Assembly (NCBI GenBank): GCA_963676615.1
Contig: OY781092.1
Location: forward strand, 1 to 64,000
DNA length: 64,000 nucleotides
DNA from: Candidatus Cloacimonadota bacterium
GTDB lineage: Bacteria; Cloacimonadota; Cloacimonadia; G963667145
Reading direction: 5' to 3'
The notes under the pieces were generated by a model. That model did not search any database, was not told the DNA's origin, and worked only from the letters and a program-made list of their open reading frames with translations. Each line of letters begins with the position of its first letter. Positions within the stretch are counted from its first letter, which is position 1. The position numbers and the translations under genes are program-made. Below, piece after piece: positions 60,803 through 64,000 of the stretch.

Positions 60803-61624
60803 ATGGCGAAACACAAACAAATTAGTTCAGATTTCTGGGCTGATCCGTTTATTGAGGATTTAGACCCGATAGAAAAGTTGTTATATCTCTATCTTATTAC
60901 AAATGAACGAAATAATCTCATTGGTGTTTATGAAATTACTTTAAAAAGGATTGGCAACGAAACGGGCATAGATAGAGATATGGTCGCTAAAATTATAGGG
61001 AGGTTTGCCGATAAAGACAAAATTCATTACACTGATAAACATATCATTATTGTTAATTTTTGGAAATACACCTCGAAATCTCCAACTACAATTGAGCCAA
61101 AACACAAATTACTCGAAGAGCTGCCCGAGGCAGTTAAGGAGTTCATAGTTTCCCAGAGTTCAAGAGTTTATGAAAGTGTGATGATAGGGTATGGATACCC
61201 TATAGATACCCTATGGGTATCTTTTTATAAGAGTAAAAGTAAAAGAAAGAGTATAAATAAGAATATAAAACAAGAAAAAGAAAATACCAGGGGAAAAGAA
61301 GAAAAAAACGGATTGGATTTTTCAAAGTTTGGTGGTTGTAGAGATGTTTTGTTGGAGTTCTGCAATTATCGCAAAGAGATTAAAAAGCCTATTCGATCGC
61401 AGAAATCGCTAAATTTGTTGTATGAAAAATTAAAAGATTTGTCTGGGTCAAATCTGGTAATTGCCAAAAAAATTGTTTATAACAGCATCGCAAATGGCTG
61501 GCAGGGCTTATTTCCTCTGAATAAAAAGCCAATCTGTCAGCATCAATCAGCACTCAAAGACCATCTGCAGAGTTTCAGGGATTTTCCTGATTACGAAGAA
61601 AAAAAGCCAAGATGGAGCGTGTAA
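60803..61624 (+). CDS. Phage replication initiator (replisome organizer-like)
   Basis: N-terminus FWADP...KLLYLYLITN...GVYEI...ETG; K/E-rich linker; C-terminus YRKEIKKP...SIANGWQGLF. Confidence 0.75.
   Translation: MAKHKQISSDFWADPFIEDLDPIEKLLYLYLITNERNNLIGVYEITLKRIGNETGIDRDMVAKIIGRFADKDKIHYTDKHIIIVNFWKYTSKSPTTIEPKHKLLEELPEAVKEFIVSQSSRVYESVMIGYGYPIDTLWVSFYKSKSKRKSINKNIKQEKENTRGKEEKNGLDFSKFGGCRDVLLEFCNYRKEIKKPIRSQKSLNLLYEKLKDLSGSNLVIAKKIVYNSIANGWQGLFPLNKKPICQHQSALKDHLQSFRDFPDYEEKKPRWSV
61184..61290 (+). promoter_or_regulatory. Candidate phage replication origin inside the initiator gene
   Basis: ATAGGGTAT / ATACCCTAT x2 / ATGGGTAT cluster (61184-61220) followed by an A-rich tract. Confidence 0.5.
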
Positions 61625-61625
61625 A

Positions 61626-62399
61626 ATGGTAAGCACAGATTTCAAAAAGGCAAGCGAATTTTCGCCAAAAGTCGCTGGTTTGGATATAAATTTTCGGACA
61701 GGAAAAACCTGCTGGAACGGTCAGAGTGTTGCTTCTACACCATCTGATTTACCGCGCAGAACCTATGCAAGTTTCAGAAAAATAAGAGTTAATAAATTTT
61801 ATTTGTCAAGTGAATATCTAAAAAATTCAACTCCAGCCGTGCGTGAAATTGCTGATAATTTTGAGGATTTACTGGCTACTGAAAAGCCGATGAATTATTT
61901 CTTTTTTGGCTTTGTAGGAAGCGGTAAATCCACATTTTGCAAAGCAGTTTTGGAGGCTCTTGCTTTCAAAAGCTACTGGTTTAATTTCCGTGAAGACAAC
62001 AACGAGATGATAAATCAAGAGTTCGTTGGTAACGGCAATTTCTGCATATATCTTGAAGCCGACAACCTCTATGCAAAATATTTGGCAGGTATAAATAACT
62101 CCGATTGCCGAATTGATATAAAAAAAATCGTGAATGCTAAATGCTTAATTATTGATGATTTGCTAAGCGAAAAAAGGACAGAAGCAAGCCGTGAGTTTTT
62201 TTATAGCCTATTGAAAATGCGCCACGATGCCATCCAAAATGGCGGCTGTAAGCTGACGATTTACACATCAAACGAGAAAAAACGCGACCTTGCCCTTAGT
62301 TACGAGCCAGCGGGTATCACGATTGGCAAAGCTCGCCTTTTTGACCGACTTAAAGATTTCTATTCGGTCGAGTTCCCGAGAAAAAGTTTTAGGAGATAG
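61626..62399 (+). CDS. DnaC/IstB-like helicase loader ATPase
   Basis: Walker A GFVGSGKS, Walker B LIIDDL, TIYTSN, RLFDRL; follows the initiator. Confidence 0.8.
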   Translation: MVSTDFKKASEFSPKVAGLDINFRTGKTCWNGQSVASTPSDLPRRTYASFRKIRVNKFYLSSEYLKNSTPAVREIADNFEDLLATEKPMNYFFFGFVGSGKSTFCKAVLEALAFKSYWFNFREDNNEMINQEFVGNGNFCIYLEADNLYAKYLAGINNSDCRIDIKKIVNAKCLIIDDLLSEKRTEASREFFYSLLKMRHDAIQNGGCKLTIYTSNEKKRDLALSYEPAGITIGKARLFDRLKDFYSVEFPRKSFRR

Positions 62400-62448
62400 G
62401 AGGAAGAATGAAAATTTTAAAAATAATCAAAAAAACAGGAGAGAAGAG

Positions 62449-62895
62449 ATGAAAGTATTAAGAATGCCGAGTGTAAATAGTTTGACAATTACTGGGCGAG
62501 TAACCGCTGACCTAGAGCCACGCTATTTGCAGTCTGGGGCTGTTGTGCTAACCATTCCGATAGCATACTCTAGCAATTACAAGGATAAAGCGGGGCAGTG
62601 GCAGCAAGAGACCAGTTTTTTCAATGTGGTAGTTTGGGGTAAATCCGCCGAGTATTGTGTCGCCAATCTCAGCAAGGGCGATCCCGTGTTGATTGAGGGA
62701 AGCTTAAAGGCGGAGCATTACACCAGCCAAGATGGCAAAAAAACTACTGCTGTAAAAATTAGGGCTACTAGGGTTATTCCACTGGAACGGGAACGCGTTG
62801 AACAAAATGTTCAAGGGGACGATTTGCCTAATGCTGCAGAGTCGCACGACCACGCGGGCGAAGTTGGGGCAGAGCAAGAGTCCGTGCCGTTTTGA
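62449..62895 (+). CDS. ssb: Single-stranded DNA-binding protein
   Basis: GRVTADLE.RY, W...TSFFNVVVWG..AE, KGDPVLIEGSL, acidic tail ending PF. Confidence 0.92.
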   Translation: MKVLRMPSVNSLTITGRVTADLEPRYLQSGAVVLTIPIAYSSNYKDKAGQWQQETSFFNVVVWGKSAEYCVANLSKGDPVLIEGSLKAEHYTSQDGKKTTAVKIRATRVIPLERERVEQNVQGDDLPNAAESHDHAGEVGAEQESVPF

Positions 62896-62914
62896 TGTTA
62901 AAGGGGGGAGAAAT

Positions 62915-63022
62915 ATGAGCAGGCGAATATCGGAATGTAATGGTTGCCCGAATGACGGCACGTGTGAATATCAAGACTTGGGCGATTGTGAATGTTGCCA
63001 CACGGCAATGTATCCACATTAA
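62915..63022 (+). CDS. 35-aa Cys-rich phage peptide
   Basis: GGGGGGAG RBS then MSRRISECNGCPNDGTCEYQDLGDCECCHTAMYPH. Confidence 0.5.
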   Translation: MSRRISECNGCPNDGTCEYQDLGDCECCHTAMYPH

Positions 63023-63042
63023 GTAGACAAAGAGAGGGAATT

Positions 63043-63534
63043 ATGTTAGCGATAGGAATAGATAACGGCGTAACAGGTGCGATAGCTTTTTTGCAGGGGG
63101 CAGCCGCCGAGTTGTATCCGATGTCAACCGTTCAGAGGTTGAGCTACACGAAGAAAAAACAGTATGTTAATCTTGTTGATGCCAACAAGCTGACAGCAAT
63201 TTTGGTCGAAAAAATCGCCGAAGCCCGAAAAGCAGACATCAGCCTTTTTGCCTACATTGAACGCCCGATGGTCAACCCCAAGATGTTCAGGTCGTCGCTG
63301 TCTGCGGTGATGGCGTTTTGGGATGTTGTGCGGATTTTGGGAAATTTGGGGATTGGCTACAGAGTTACGGATAGTAAGCAGTGGCAAAGACGCTATTTGC
63401 CCGCAGGTTGCAAGGGGGCAGAGCTAAAGAAGGCAAGCGCAGAACGAGAGCAAAACGACTATTATGCAACATCTCCTGAAGCAATAAGACTTCTTTTAAA
63501 AATGGATAGGAAGAAAAGGGGGAGTGAAAAATGA
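63043..63534 (+). CDS. Phage RuvC-like nuclease, probably with a chimeric C-terminus
   Basis: IGIDNGVTGAIA, YIERP, QWQ. The expected C-terminal acidic motif is absent and is replaced by EREQNDYYATSPEA. Confidence 0.65.
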   Translation: MLAIGIDNGVTGAIAFLQGAAAELYPMSTVQRLSYTKKKQYVNLVDANKLTAILVEKIAEARKADISLFAYIERPMVNPKMFRSSLSAVMAFWDVVRILGNLGIGYRVTDSKQWQRRYLPAGCKGAELKKASAEREQNDYYATSPEAIRLLLKMDRKKRGSEK

Positions 63535-63782
63535 GAGATAAAGAACTTAGAGCGTGGGTTGACTGTCGAGAAAACGAGCCATATTTAAGTGATAGATTGG
63601 TTCTTGTGCATTTTGAAAATGGGAACATCGACACAGTTCATGTTGAAGATTTTTTCAGAGAAATACCTAATGGTGTTGAAAATGGTGTCCAAAAATATAC
63701 AAAGTGGTTTTTGCATAGTAATCCAAAATGCACGCATTGGATGGAGTTGCCAGCACCTCCCGATGTAGAACAAGGAGCTTAA
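63531..63782 (+). CDS. DUF551-like phage protein
   Basis: WVDC...P...VLV and C-terminal THWMELPAPP. Confidence 0.7.
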   Translation: MRDKELRAWVDCRENEPYLSDRLVLVHFENGNIDTVHVEDFFREIPNGVENGVQKYTKWFLHSNPKCTHWMELPAPPDVEQGA

Positions 63783-63784
63783 AA

Positions 63785-63832
63785 ATGCGAGATATAGAAT
63801 TTAGAGCAAAAGACCTCGGGGGAAAAAAATGA
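63785..63832 (+). pseudogene. YopX-like N-terminal stub (MRDIEFRAKDLGGKK*)
   Basis: AAGGAG RBS and a MREIKFRA-type start; ends after 15 codons, overlapping the next ATG. Confidence 0.55.
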
Positions 63833-64000
63833 GACACCTAGCATTATTTAACGGCATCGGTGGCTTTCAGCTCGCTGCCGATTGGTGTGGCTGGGAAAAT
63901 GTAGCTCATTGCGAGATTGACGATTTTTGCAATAAGGTGGTAGCTCGTCATTTCCCACACTCAAAATGCTACAAAGATATAAAAAAATTTACTGGGAGTG
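63829..64000 (+). CDS. DNA (cytosine-5)-methyltransferase, N-terminal part (runs off the window)
   Basis: Manual translation MRHLALFNGIGGFQLAADWCGWENVAHCEIDDFCNKVVARHFP..KDIK gives motif I (FxGxG) and motif II/III. Confidence 0.85.
   Translation, partial: MRHLALFNGIGGFQLAADWCGWENVAHCEIDDFCNKVVARHFPHSKCYKDIKKFTGS

Larger units (their letters stand above)
60803..64000 (+). mobile_element. Prophage-like replication/early region (continues beyond window)
   Basis: Gene order is initiator, DnaC-like ATPase, ssb, RuvC-like, DUF551-like, C5 methyltransferase; more AT-rich than the core genes. Confidence 0.8.

Overview
Bacterial chromosomal window with four parts. (1) 1-16522: the 3' portion of a giant (>5500 aa, open at the window edge) putative surface protein, with an FN3-like repeat half and a GLUG/glycine-rich repeat half. 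(2) 16549-21490: a ~5 kb non-coding array of ~912-bp units between convergent genes. Each unit is a mosaic of REP-like palindromes, and a complete IS256-family element (24-bp IRs, 8-bp target duplication) sits in the first unit. (3) 21492-59452: housekeeping genes (dapA, ftsY, rpsT, apt, purH, alaS, mreBCD-mrdA-rodA, hpt, xdhC-like, ispG, plsC, rsfS, argS, dpaL, biotin ECF, rsmD, purA, prmC, trxB, thiI-like). (4) 59454-64000: a Fic gene, then a phage-type replication module (initiator, DnaC-like loader, ssb, RuvC-like, C5 methyltransferase) with no integrase or repressor and several collapsed gene stubs. An FCB-group host, possibly Cloacimonadota, is an inference only. All product calls come from motif recognition by eye; no searches were run. 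No rRNA, tRNA or CRISPR array was seen. The best candidate for undescribed biology is the 912-bp array, with its 50-bp hairpin sitting in REP loops, its solo IS256 ends and its recurring 28-bp junction motif.
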